Part shown: positions 9,991-19,449 of the stretch, in pieces
Layout of the letters: the number at the start of each line of letters is the position of its first letter
How positions within the stretch are numbered: the first letter of the stretch is position 1
DNA from: Candidatus Woesearchaeota archaeon
Lineage (GTDB): Archaea; Nanobdellota; Nanobdellia; SCGC-AAA011-G17; JACPNG01
NCBI GenBank assembly: GCA_016185615.1
Contig: JACPNE010000004.1
Location: 4,625-68,624, forward strand
Length of the DNA stretch: 64,000 nt
Reading direction: 5' to 3'
Notes under the pieces: generated by a model
Told to the model about the DNA's origin: nothing
Databases searched by the model: none
The model's input: the letters and a program-made list of their open reading frames with translations, nothing else
Position numbers and translations under genes: made by a program

Positions 9991-10951
9991 TCTTTATTGA
10001 ATTCTCAATCTCAATTGTTGTTGTTGTAGAAGTTCCGAATTTAGCAACAACTATTCCAGCAGCATAATTTGCCAATGTAATAGCTTCCTCAAGATTGGCT
10101 CCAGAGCATAATGCTAAAGATAAAGTTGCTGTTACTGTATCTCCGGCTCCTGAAACATCATAAACCTCTTTTGCTTTAGTAGGGAAATGCTTTGTCTCAT
10201 CAGTAAACAATGTCATTCCTCTAGATCCCCTTGTTACTAATACATTTGTTTTGTAAATTTTTCTCAGTTTATTCCCGACTTTATTTATCATGTCTTCTTC
10301 TTTTCCAAATATCTCTGCTATTTTGCTTGCTTCGTCATAATTTGGAACAATAAGATTGGCCCCATAATACAATGCCTTATTTTCAGGTCTTGGATCAATG
10401 ATAAGATATTTCTTATGTTGTTTGCATAGCTTGGTTACTTCCTGCATTATTCTTTTAGTTACAAATCCCTTTGCATAATCAGATACTATAACAGAATCCA
10501 TTTTTGGAATTATTTCTATAATGTTATTTATAGCATAATTCTCAAACTCTCTACTTATATTGTCTTTTATGTCATAATCTATCCTTAACAAATGCTGGCT
10601 CTGAGCAACAATTCTCTCCTTTAAGATAGTTCTCCTGTTTTTGTCTTTGATTAAAAGATGGGTTTTTATCTTTCTGGATTCTAGTTTATTAAACAATATA
10701 TTTGCATTAGCATCATCTCCCACCATTCCAACAACATAAACATCAGCACCTAAGCTAGACAAGTTATTGGCTGCATTAGCTGCACCGCCAGGAACAAAAT
10801 TTTCCCACCCTACTTCAACTAAGGGGATTGGTGCCTCCGGAGAAATTCTTAAAACATTTCCAAAAACATATTTATCTAAGATTATATCACCTATTACTAA
10901 AATTTTTTTCTGTTTAAATCTATTCATTATTTCTACAAGTTTCTTTTTCAT
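9980..10951 (-). CDS. rfaE1: D-glycero-beta-D-manno-heptose 7-phosphate kinase (HldE domain I, stand-alone)
   Basis: RISPEAPIP, GGAANAANN, SDYAKG and DVSGAGDTV motifs. Confidence 0.93.
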   Translation of the reverse strand: MKKKLVEIMNRFKQKKILVIGDIILDKYVFGNVLRISPEAPIPLVEVGWENFVPGGAANAANNLSSLGADVYVVGMVGDDANANILFNKLESRKIKTHLLIKDKNRRTILKERIVAQSQHLLRIDYDIKDNISREFENYAINNIIEIIPKMDSVIVSDYAKGFVTKRIMQEVTKLCKQHKKYLIIDPRPENKALYYGANLIVPNYDEASKIAEIFGKEEDMINKVGNKLRKIYKTNVLVTRGSRGMTLFTDETKHFPTKAKEVYDVSGAGDTVTATLSLALCSGANLEEAITLANYAAGIVVAKFGTSTTTTIEIENSIKNDK

Positions 10952-11301
10952 TCTAAGTCCAATTTTTTCAAATCTATTTTCTCACTTTCTGTTTTCCTGT
11001 ATGTATCCTCATCCAAATGATGTGTGGAAAATTCAAACATCTCTGAATCTTTTAACCCAGTAAATCTGTGCCATTGACCTGGCATCAAATGTTGAATGTC
11101 TCCTTTATGCATGATCCACTTTTTATTATCAACCTCCATTAAAACCTCCCCAGATTGGACATAAAAAGTTTCCTCTTTTATTTTATGATGATGCAAACTG
11201 CACCTATAATCTTTTTTTAGAATAAGTTTTTTACCGCAATATTTTTCATTATTGATAATCCAATGCTCTTCTCCCCAAACTTTAGGAACTATCTTCATCA
11301 A
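10948..11301 (-). CDS. Cupin-fold sugar(-phosphate) isomerase-like protein
   Basis: VPKVWGEE, SLHHHKIKEETF and PGQWHRF cupin motifs. Confidence 0.8.
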   Translation of the reverse strand: MMKIVPKVWGEEHWIINNEKYCGKKLILKKDYRCSLHHHKIKEETFYVQSGEVLMEVDNKKWIMHKGDIQHLMPGQWHRFTGLKDSEMFEFSTHHLDEDTYRKTESEKIDLKKLDLE

Positions 11302-11431
11302 AAATCACATAATTACATTTCTGTTCTAATTTTTAAGTTTTATTATTATAATAGGATGATTTATAAACTATAACTGTATATTTATAAGAATAAACAGACA
11401 TATTTAAAAACCGTTTTTTCTTAAATAGAAT

Positions 11432-11791
11432 ATGGACAAGATAATAGTTGGGATCATAGAGAAAATAAAGATTAAGGGGAAAAAAGATAAAGAAGTATTG
11501 GCAAAAATAGATACTGGAGCACAGCATAACTCAATTAATATGAAACTAGCCTCTGAACTAAAATTAGGCCCGATAGTAAGAACAGCCATAATAAGAAACG
11601 CTCATGGAAAAGTTGTAAGGTCTGTTGTAAGGGCAACAATAGAGATAAAAGGAAAGACTATTGAGTCTGAATTTAACCTATCAAACAGGGAACATATGAA
11701 ATATCATGTTTTAATTGGAATGAATGTATTAAAAGAGGGATTTTTAATCGACCCTTCAAAAATCAAAGAGAATGAAGTTAGCAATAATTAG
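11432..11791 (+). CDS. RimK-associated retropepsin-like putative protease
   Basis: AKIDTGA and R..MKY.VLIG motifs; overlaps the rimK-like gene. Confidence 0.88.
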   Translation: MDKIIVGIIEKIKIKGKKDKEVLAKIDTGAQHNSINMKLASELKLGPIVRTAIIRNAHGKVVRSVVRATIEIKGKTIESEFNLSNREHMKYHVLIGMNVLKEGFLIDPSKIKENEVSNN

Positions 11792-12830
11792 CCTTAAAGG
11801 AGAAAGTAGCTCAAAGATAGCAGACGAAGCCAGTAATTTCTTTAGTGAAGTTGAAAGATTAGACTTGAGAAAGATTGAAGTCCATTCAACCTCAAAGGGA
11901 TTAGAGGTTCTTTATGATGGAAATCCAATAAAAAAATATGATTGTATCTATGTTCGAGGATCACACAAATATTCGTTATTGCAGAGGACATTAACAGAAG
12001 CACTTGGTAAGGAATCTTATATGCCACTAAGACCAAGTTCATTTACTATAGGTCATGATAAATTTCTTACATTAGTTGAGCTTGAGAAAAATAAAGTTCC
12101 TATTCCAGCCACATACCTAGCAGCAACAGTAAATAGTGCAAAAAAAATTTTATCTAAAATAGATTTCCCGATAATAATGAAATTGTCAACTGGGACTCAA
12201 GGAAAGGGAGTAATGTTCGCTGATTCAGTTCAGTCAGCAAACTCTATCTTAGATACTTTGGAAGTATTCAAACAGCCATATATAATCGAGGAGTATATTG
12301 AAACAAATACAACAGATATTAGAGTTATTGTAGCCGGAGATGAGGTAGTCGGAGCAATGAAAAGAAAAGCTACTCCAGATGAAATGAGAGCTAATATTCA
12401 TATGGGCGGAAAGGGAACTAATTACATTCCTGCTCCGGATATTGAGCAGATAGCACTTAAGGCTTCAAAGGCAATAGGTGCAGACATATGCGCAGTTGAT
12501 ATTTTAGAAGGATTAAAGCCAATGGTGATAGAAGTTAATTTATCTCCTGGCTTGGGTGGAATAACAAAGGCTACTGGGAAGAATATTGCTAAATCAATAG
12601 CCAAGGTTCTGTATGACAAGACAAAACTATTTAAATCCTCTAAAACCTCCCAAGATTATAATAATGTATTAAAAGATATCAATAAAAATGAGGAGATTGT
12701 GACAAATCTCGAGGTTAAAGCAGGAAAGATAAGACTTCCGGAAATAATAACAAGAGCCAGCGGGCTTAGAAGTGATGAAGAAGTCTCGATTAGTGTAAGC
12801 AAAGGCAAGCTTATAATTAAGAAGATGTGA
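11772..12830 (+). CDS. rimK: RimK/LysX-family ATP-grasp ligase with a C-terminal AbrB-like extension
   Basis: DK, GTQGKGV, DIRVIV, RANIHMGG, AVDIL and EVNLSPG motifs. Confidence 0.88.
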   Translation: MKLAIISLKGESSSKIADEASNFFSEVERLDLRKIEVHSTSKGLEVLYDGNPIKKYDCIYVRGSHKYSLLQRTLTEALGKESYMPLRPSSFTIGHDKFLTLVELEKNKVPIPATYLAATVNSAKKILSKIDFPIIMKLSTGTQGKGVMFADSVQSANSILDTLEVFKQPYIIEEYIETNTTDIRVIVAGDEVVGAMKRKATPDEMRANIHMGGKGTNYIPAPDIEQIALKASKAIGADICAVDILEGLKPMVIEVNLSPGLGGITKATGKNIAKSIAKVLYDKTKLFKSSKTSQDYNNVLKDINKNEEIVTNLEVKAGKIRLPEIITRASGLRSDEEVSISVSKGKLIIKKM

Positions 12831-12839
12831 GGTGGTTTG

Positions 12840-12992
12840 ATGAGATGTCCTTTTGTTGATAGGAACTGCAATCCTGAATGCAGGGCTTATGATGAGACAA
12901 AAAAAGATAGTTGTCTTATTCTCCATAGGTTAGACAGAACAAATATGATTCTAAATTATATAGAAAAGAAGATTGATTCTTTGAATCATTAA
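12840..12992 (+). CDS. Small four-Cys protein, 50 aa (below the ORF-track cutoff)
   Basis: MRCPFVDRNCNPECRAYDETKKDSCLILHRLDRTNMILNYIEKKIDSLNH; GAGGTGG ribosome-binding site overlapping the rimK stop. Confidence 0.75.
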   Translation: MRCPFVDRNCNPECRAYDETKKDSCLILHRLDRTNMILNYIEKKIDSLNH

Positions 12993-13022
12993 TCTTATAT
13001 ATTTTTCCTTCTATTTATTTTC

Positions 13023-13544
13023 ATGATAAAATATATAGTAATGCTCATACTATTTAGCTCCATTGTAAATGCCACTACTGAGACTATTGATTTGGGTATT
13101 GGGGAGAATTTTGTTATATTGGATAAAAATGTAACCTTGACAGCCGTCAATGATGATGAAGAAAAAATAATTGTCTGTGTAAACAATCAAAAAGTAATAA
13201 TAGAAGACAATGAAGAAAAGTTAGTTAACGGGGTTTATATAGAGGTTGAAAGGGTTAATAGCGGAAATGCCAGATTAAAAATAGAAAGAGACTGTAAAGA
13301 TTGTGAATGCGATGAGAATTGCAATAATGAATTATGTATTCAACCTTCTAAAGAAGAAGTTTTTAATGATGCAGATGAGATTAATGAGGATGTTAATATA
13401 GGAACAAATGAGATTCAAAATGATGATCCAATAATTATAAGAGGATCAAAAGATCAGCAAAGAAATAATCTAATTTTAGGAATTGGGATAGTTATTCTTA
13501 TTATAATAATTCTTATGTTTATAATGTTAAAAATAAAGAGATAA
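13023..13544 (+). CDS. Exported, C-terminally anchored hypothetical protein
   Basis: Signal peptide, beta-rich module, Cys cluster CKDCECDENCNNELC, C-terminal TM helix. Confidence 0.75.
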   Translation: MIKYIVMLILFSSIVNATTETIDLGIGENFVILDKNVTLTAVNDDEEKIIVCVNNQKVIIEDNEEKLVNGVYIEVERVNSGNARLKIERDCKDCECDENCNNELCIQPSKEEVFNDADEINEDVNIGTNEIQNDDPIIIRGSKDQQRNNLILGIGIVILIIIILMFIMLKIKR

Positions 13545-13832
13545 TCAAGACTTTTCTATTTTTCTTTTGAATGCTTCCGCATGCTCTTCATTACAGAATC
13601 TATAGATTTCATCATTAAGCTCTTCTTCAACAAAATCATCTGTTAAAGGCTTATGACATAAAGAACATTTTGCTAACCTATCTCCAGAGTCATATCCCTG
13701 CATAAATCCCTCTTCAACCTCATCTATCTCATCATCTTCAATAGATTCTTCTCTGCCTTCTTCAGAGTATACATCTGTCTCCTCTTCCTCGTCTTCCCCG
13801 ATATCTTCCTCAAAAAAATCTTCTTCATCCAT
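13545..13832 (-). CDS. Highly acidic protein with a TRASH/YHS-like metal-binding C-terminus
   Basis: D/E-rich N-terminal half; CSLC...YRFCNEEH. Confidence 0.75.
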   Translation of the reverse strand: MDEEDFFEEDIGEDEEEETDVYSEEGREESIEDDEIDEVEEGFMQGYDSGDRLAKCSLCHKPLTDDFVEEELNDEIYRFCNEEHAEAFKRKIEKS

Positions 13833-13883
13833 AAAAAAATGAATTATGAAAATCTTTTTAAAGGTTTTTATAGTCTAGATGTT

Positions 13884-14585
13884 ATGAACATAGCAATATT
13901 ATTTAGTGGTGGTAAGGATTCTGTCAATGCTATACAATTAGCCAAGCAGAAAAACTGGAATATTAAATATTTATTATCTGTCAAGCCAACCAGGACAGAC
14001 TGTTATTTATTCCATTTTGCTACTGTTGAGCATACAAAGGAAATTGCAAAAATTCTCGGATATAATCACATTCTAGTAAACTGTGATGTGGCTGATCCTA
14101 AGAAAGAAGCTGAGATTGTAAAAGAGGTTGTAGCGAAAAATCCTGTTGATGCTGTAGTTTTAGGCGGAATAGGATTACAAGAAACACAGCTTAAAGTGAT
14201 AAGGGAAGTATTATTTCCATTAGGTGTGGAAGTATTTGCTTCGCACAAAGATGAAGACCATGAATCATTGGTTAGAAATATGATAAAAGAAGGATATGAA
14301 ATTATGATAACCCAGGTTGCATCTGATGGAATGAACAAATGGCTCGGAAAAACTTTGACAAAAGATAATTTTGATGAACTGAAAAAAGATTCTTTGAAAT
14401 ATGGATTCCACATCGGCTTTGAGGGTGGATATGCAGACTCATTCGTTGTTGATGGTCCTATTTTCAGCAAAAGATTTGATGTGATGGATTCCAAAAGAGT
14501 AATGGAGTCAGAAGATTCTGGCCACATCATTATCAATGATTATTTGATAAAAGACAAGAAGAAAAGATTAACAACTATCTCTTAA
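13884..14585 (+). CDS. Diphthine--ammonia ligase (Dph6/MJ0570 family PP-loop ATPase)
   Basis: FSGGKDS, WLGK, GFEGG and VVDGPIF motifs; start trimmed to MNIAI. Confidence 0.88.
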   Translation: MNIAILFSGGKDSVNAIQLAKQKNWNIKYLLSVKPTRTDCYLFHFATVEHTKEIAKILGYNHILVNCDVADPKKEAEIVKEVVAKNPVDAVVLGGIGLQETQLKVIREVLFPLGVEVFASHKDEDHESLVRNMIKEGYEIMITQVASDGMNKWLGKTLTKDNFDELKKDSLKYGFHIGFEGGYADSFVVDGPIFSKRFDVMDSKRVMESEDSGHIIINDYLIKDKKKRLTTIS

Positions 14586-14587
14586 AT

Positions 14588-15841
14588 TTAATCTTCAATC
14601 AACATCAAGCTAGGGTCTTCTAAATGTTTCTTTATTTCATTTAAGAATCTTCCAGCAACAGCCCCATCTAATATTCTATGGTCAAATGTCAAGGATAATG
14701 GAAGAATTTTCCTTATGACCATTTTGCTATCAACAACGACAGCCATATCTTTAGCTCTTCCTATTCCAAGGATAGCTGCCTCAGGATAATTAATTATTGG
14801 AGTTCCATAACTTCCGCCAATGCTTCCATAATTTGTTATTGTAAATGTTCCCCCTTTTAAATCTCCTAAATCAATCTTTCTAGATTTTGCTTTTTCTGCC
14901 AAATCAAATATCTCTTTGGCTAAATCAAGAATACTTTTTTGATCCACCCCTTTAACAACAGGAACAACCAACCCATATTCTGTTTCTACAGCTACCCCAA
15001 TATTATAATATTTCTTTATTATTATCTCTTCATCCTCTAAGGTTGAATTAATTATCGGATAAGCTTTCAATCCAGCCACAACTGCTTTAATAATAAAAGG
15101 AAGAAATGTCAATTTTATTCCTTTTTCTTCTGCATTCTTTTTTTCTTTCTCTTTTAACTCATTTAGCTCAGTAATATCAGCATCATCCATTGAAGTTACG
15201 TGAGCAATCTCATTATTTGCTCTTGACATATTAACAGCAATAGTTTTTCTTATTCCTTTTAATGGGATTCTTTCTACATACCCATATAAGTCATATTTTT
15301 TTGTGACTTTAATCTCATTCTTTTCATTTATCTCTACAGGAACATCTCCATTTGAGGCTTTTCTAATGTCATCTTCCATTATTCTTCCATCATCTCCGGA
15401 TCCTTCTATTGTAGAGATATCAACATTAAGTTCTTTTGCTAATTTTCTTACAGCTGGAGTAGCTAAAATCTTTTTTTCTTGTTTTGTTTGTTTACTCTCT
15501 TTTTTAACAACAAATTCCTCATCTGATTCCTCAAGATTTCCAACAACAGATGTTGTTTTTCTTTCTTCTTTTTTTTCTTGCTTTGTTTCTAATTGCTCTT
15601 TTTCTCCCCCAATTACAGCCAATACCTGTCCGACTTTTACAGTATCTCCTGCCTTAAAATTAAGTTTTAGAATTCTTCCTGATTTTGGGCTTGGAATATC
15701 AACAACAGCCTTATCAGTTTCAATTTTAGCTATTGGCTGATGCTCTTTAATAACCTCTCCCTCTTTAACTAGCCATTCTACTAATTCTCCTTCTTCAATT
15801 CCCTCTCCGACATCTGGAAATTTAAACTCGTACACCATCAA
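14588..15841 (-). CDS. pdhC: 2-oxoacid (pyruvate) dehydrogenase E2, dihydrolipoamide acyltransferase
   Basis: Lipoyl motif ETDKA, E3-binding ATPAVRKLA, catalytic DHRILDG. Confidence 0.95.
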   Translation of the reverse strand: MMVYEFKFPDVGEGIEEGELVEWLVKEGEVIKEHQPIAKIETDKAVVDIPSPKSGRILKLNFKAGDTVKVGQVLAVIGGEKEQLETKQEKKEERKTTSVVGNLEESDEEFVVKKESKQTKQEKKILATPAVRKLAKELNVDISTIEGSGDDGRIMEDDIRKASNGDVPVEINEKNEIKVTKKYDLYGYVERIPLKGIRKTIAVNMSRANNEIAHVTSMDDADITELNELKEKEKKNAEEKGIKLTFLPFIIKAVVAGLKAYPIINSTLEDEEIIIKKYYNIGVAVETEYGLVVPVVKGVDQKSILDLAKEIFDLAEKAKSRKIDLGDLKGGTFTITNYGSIGGSYGTPIINYPEAAILGIGRAKDMAVVVDSKMVIRKILPLSLTFDHRILDGAVAGRFLNEIKKHLEDPSLMLIED

Positions 15842-16559
15842 ATTCTACCTCTTTTTTATTAAATACCTCAGCAAATCTGTTAACTAATTTATCTTTGACA
15901 TCTTGTAAGTTTAATTTTCTACCTAAAATCGTTTGCATACTTATTGGTTGAATCTTGTCTTCTGGAAAACCACATGGATCAATTAATTTTGTATAATCAA
16001 TATTTGTTGTATTAACATTTAATGCAAACCCGTGATGTGTATATATCCATTCTCCAATTCTTTTTGTTCCTATTCCCTTAGTACAGAGTACTTTATACCC
16101 ATTATCTTGTTTATACCATGTTGCCCTATAAGGCTTATCAGTTATAGGATTCATAGTATCAACCCTTGTAATGGGAATATTAAAATCATTTGCAGTTTTT
16201 ATCATCACTTCTTCAAAAGAAGACATAAGATCATAGAGTCCATTCCACTTCCATCTCATTATAGCATAACCAACAATTTGGCCAGGACCAAGAAAAGCAG
16301 CACCGCCACCCCTGTCTGTTTTTCCATAAAACTCAACCCCATTTTTATCTAATTCATTTATATCAACTTTCAACTTGTTCCATTCAGAATTGCTCACTCC
16401 AAAAGTTATTGTTGGTGGATGTTCTACTAACATTAATGTATCTGGCGTCTCATTATTTATCCTTTTTTGAAGGGTTTTCTTCTGCTGCTCCCATGCATCC
16501 GTATAAGTAGTAAATCCTAAATCCATTACAAATAGTTTATCTTCCAAAATAATTCTCAC
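15822..16559 (-). CDS. lipB: Lipoyl(octanoyl) transferase
   Basis: EHPPTITFG, RGG...GPGQIVGY, HGFALNV and PCG motifs. Confidence 0.88.
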   Translation of the reverse strand: MRIILEDKLFVMDLGFTTYTDAWEQQKKTLQKRINNETPDTLMLVEHPPTITFGVSNSEWNKLKVDINELDKNGVEFYGKTDRGGGAAFLGPGQIVGYAIMRWKWNGLYDLMSSFEEVMIKTANDFNIPITRVDTMNPITDKPYRATWYKQDNGYKVLCTKGIGTKRIGEWIYTHHGFALNVNTTNIDYTKLIDPCGFPEDKIQPISMQTILGRKLNLQDVKDKLVNRFAEVFNKKEVEFDGVRV

Positions 16560-16600
16560 CTTACAACATCAAAAACTTTTTTAAGTATAAAAATGTTGTC

Positions 16601-16975
16601 TTGAATATGCCAGATTTTAAGACACATTATTTGACTATAATGGTTACTATAATTTTTATATTGGGATTTTTCTTGATTGCAAATAGCCAAAATGGTCTTG
16701 AAGAAGTAACTGGAAGATCAATAAGCGGCATAGATAATGATGCTGAAAGGATTGTATCAAATTATTTGTCATTTAACGACATAGAAAATAGTATGATTAA
16801 TTCATACCAAAAAAATAATCTCTGGAAGGTTGAGGTTGATATTATTAATTCTGATTTTGATGTTGTTTTTGATGTTGATGAAAATGGAAAGATTAAATGC
16901 TTTGAAAGGGACAGGGAAAGAAAATGCTTTGATAACTTCAATGAGTTTAATGAAGAATTCTTGTCTATCTACTAA
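16601..16975 (+). CDS. Membrane-anchored hypothetical protein
   Basis: N-terminal TM followed by VTG, small extracellular domain. Confidence 0.65.
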   Translation: MNMPDFKTHYLTIMVTIIFILGFFLIANSQNGLEEVTGRSISGIDNDAERIVSNYLSFNDIENSMINSYQKNNLWKVEVDIINSDFDVVFDVDENGKIKCFERDRERKCFDNFNEFNEEFLSIY

Positions 16976-17030
16976 AAAATAAATAGATTTATATACATTT
17001 AATTTTTTCTCTTAAAACTTTTGAATTAAA

Positions 17031-17237
17031 ATGAATGATGAATTGGATGGATGGGTTATAGTATCAACAAGAAGAATTTTGGAAGATTATTTGTTACTAT
17101 TTGAAAAACGCTTTGGAAATAAATGGTATACAATGGGGGATATAAAGAATGTTTTGTATGATATTAAAAGTCTCCCTGATAAAAAAGAAAGAATGGAATA
17201 TAAAATGAGATTCAAAGAATTATTGAAGAAATATTAA
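17031..17237 (+). CDS. Hypothetical protein (68 aa)
   Basis: ATG start after a TTTATATA box; fills the gap up to the pdhB stop. Confidence 0.6.
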   Translation: MNDELDGWVIVSTRRILEDYLLLFEKRFGNKWYTMGDIKNVLYDIKSLPDKKERMEYKMRFKELLKKY

Positions 17238-18196
17238 AAATTCATAACCTTTTCAATAGATTTCTTGATTCTTTCTGTGTTAGGCATGTAATAATCCTCT
17301 AATTTTGGCAATGGAACTATGGTGTCATATCCAGTTACTCTTTCTATCGGAGCCTGTAAACTCAACAATGCCTTTTCGTTTATTATCGCTATTATTTCAG
17401 CAGCTAACCCTAATGTCTTGGGAGCCTCATGGACAATAACACATCTTCCGGTTCTTGAAACAGAGTCTATTATTGTTTTTACATCTAAAGGTTTTAATGT
17501 CCTTAAATCAATGATTTCTATACTATATTTTAGACCCTCAACTGCTTTTAGTGTTTCTCTTACCCATGAGCCATAAGTAATAATTGTTAAGTCATCTCCT
17601 TCCTGTATAATATTTGCTTTGCCTAATGGAATTGTATATTCCTTCTCCGGAACTTCTTCTTTAAACGCCCTGTAAATTTTTTTAGGCTCAAAAAATATAA
17701 CTGGATCTGGATCTCTTATTGCTGAAATTAATAATCCTTTAGCATCATAAGGTCTACTTGGAATAACAACCTTTAATCCAGGGGTATGTACAAAATAAGT
17801 TTCAGGAGAATCAGAATGATGCTCTAATGCATGAATTCCTCCACCAATGGGGCTTCTTATTACAATAGGAACTGAGAATGCCCCCCTTGATCTGTTTCTT
17901 ATTCTGGAAGCATGACTTATTAATTGATCTAAAGCAGGCATTATAAATCCTTCAAATTGTATCTCTGCTACTGGTTTTAATCCATTTAATGCTAGTCCAA
18001 TAGAAGTTCCTACAATTCCAGATTCAGCTAATGGGGTATCAAATACTCTATCTTTATATTTTTGGTATAATCCTTCTGTAACTCTGAATACTCCACCATC
18101 AATCCCGATATCTTCTCCAAGCAAAATAACAGACTTATCTTTGGACATCTCTTGATTCAAAGCCATGTTTATTGCTTGTACTAAATTAGCTTTCAT
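17234..18196 (-). CDS. pdhB: Pyruvate/2-oxoacid dehydrogenase E1 beta
   Basis: GEDIG..GGVFR, DTPLAE, AEIQF, HHS, DAKGLL and IDLRTL motifs. Confidence 0.95.
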   Translation of the reverse strand: MKANLVQAINMALNQEMSKDKSVILLGEDIGIDGGVFRVTEGLYQKYKDRVFDTPLAESGIVGTSIGLALNGLKPVAEIQFEGFIMPALDQLISHASRIRNRSRGAFSVPIVIRSPIGGGIHALEHHSDSPETYFVHTPGLKVVIPSRPYDAKGLLISAIRDPDPVIFFEPKKIYRAFKEEVPEKEYTIPLGKANIIQEGDDLTIITYGSWVRETLKAVEGLKYSIEIIDLRTLKPLDVKTIIDSVSRTGRCVIVHEAPKTLGLAAEIIAIINEKALLSLQAPIERVTGYDTIVPLPKLEDYYMPNTERIKKSIEKVMNF

Positions 18197-18396
18197 AATA
18201 TAACTCCTAGAATATCTTGCGAGATAACAAAGAATCCATCAACAATTAATCCCGCTACCCCTATAAAAACCCTTATCCAAGTTCTAATCTTTTCATTTTT
18301 ATTTAACTTCTTTTTGTTTAAATCATAAATAGCATCTACTAATATAAATAAAAACACAATCAATCCAAACCTGTCAAAGAATAAAGGCAAATTCAT
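18193..18396 (-). CDS. Small two-TM membrane protein inside the pdh operon
   Basis: Two hydrophobic helices; ATGA 4-nt overlaps with both pdhA and pdhB. Confidence 0.75.
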   Translation of the reverse strand: MNLPLFFDRFGLIVFLFILVDAIYDLNKKKLNKNEKIRTWIRVFIGVAGLIVDGFFVISQDILGVIL

Positions 18397-19448
18397 TTCA
18401 ATTCCTCTTTCTGCTCTTTTAAATTCTCATCTAACTCAGCATAAACATAGTTTAGGATGTCTTCTTTTTTTGGATCTTCTATTGATTCCATTTTTTTTAT
18501 AGCCTCATCCATCTCATCATTGAATTTTCTATCTAATTCTTCTTCATATTCTTTTGTCCATAATTTTTTTGTTATCATATATTTTTTTAATCTTTCAATT
18601 GGATCTTTCTTATCCCATTGTTTTAATTCCTTATCATTTCTGTATTTTTTCGCATCATCTGATGTTGTATGATCATTTCTTCTGTAAGTAAAAGCCTCAA
18701 TTAATGTCGGCTTTCCTTTCTTAGCCCTTTCAACAGCTTCTTTTGTAGATTTATACATCGCAAAAACATCATTTCCATCTACTTTTATTCCGTACATTCC
18801 GTAAGCTATAGCCTTTTGTGCTATTGTAGCTGATTTAGTTTGCTTTGAAACAGGAACAGAAATAGCATACTGGTTATTCTGGCATATGAATATCAAAGGA
18901 ATTTCGAATACAGAGGCAAAATTCATAGCCTCATGAAAGTCTCCTTCTGATGTAGCACCATCCCCAAAGTATGTAACAACAACTCTTGATTCTTTTTTAA
19001 TCTTCGAAGCCCACCCAAATCCAGCAGCGTGTAGCATATGCGTTCCTACTGGAATTGTAACTGTAAACATATTTACTTTCTTTGTAGAATACATCCCCCT
19101 TTCATCACCCCTCCAATATGCTAAATATTGATCTATTGGCATTCCCCTTAATAAGTAAACTCCCTGCTCCCTAAAACTTGGAAAAATAAAATCTTCTTTA
19201 TCCAAAGCATAAGCGCTTCCTATCTGGGCTGCTTCCTGTCCTAGAGAAGAGGCATATGTTCCTAATCTGCCCTCTCTCTGCAACTTCAATGCTTTTTCAT
19301 CAAATATTCTGGTCTTTTTCATTAATTCATACATTAATTTAATATCATTATTACTTAGCTTGGGCATTAATTTTGAATCTGCTTTTCCATTTTCATCAAG
19401 TATACTAAGAAATTCTATATTAAAATTCTGAATTATTTTTTTAGGCAT
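18393..19448 (-). CDS. pdhA: Pyruvate/2-oxoacid dehydrogenase E1 alpha
   Basis: GQEA, TPP motif GDGATSEGDFHE...NNQYAIS, HTTSDD. Confidence 0.95.
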   Translation of the reverse strand: MPKKIIQNFNIEFLSILDENGKADSKLMPKLSNNDIKLMYELMKKTRIFDEKALKLQREGRLGTYASSLGQEAAQIGSAYALDKEDFIFPSFREQGVYLLRGMPIDQYLAYWRGDERGMYSTKKVNMFTVTIPVGTHMLHAAGFGWASKIKKESRVVVTYFGDGATSEGDFHEAMNFASVFEIPLIFICQNNQYAISVPVSKQTKSATIAQKAIAYGMYGIKVDGNDVFAMYKSTKEAVERAKKGKPTLIEAFTYRRNDHTTSDDAKKYRNDKELKQWDKKDPIERLKKYMITKKLWTKEYEEELDRKFNDEMDEAIKKMESIEDPKKEDILNYVYAELDENLKEQKEELK

Positions 19449-19449
19449 T

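Noticed and set aside
12840-12992. LysW-type carrier or graspetide precursor for the RimK-like ligase
   Set aside because: No C-terminal EDWGE or terminal Glu, no paired CxxC ribbon, and no repeated Thr/Lys-Asp/Glu core motifs.
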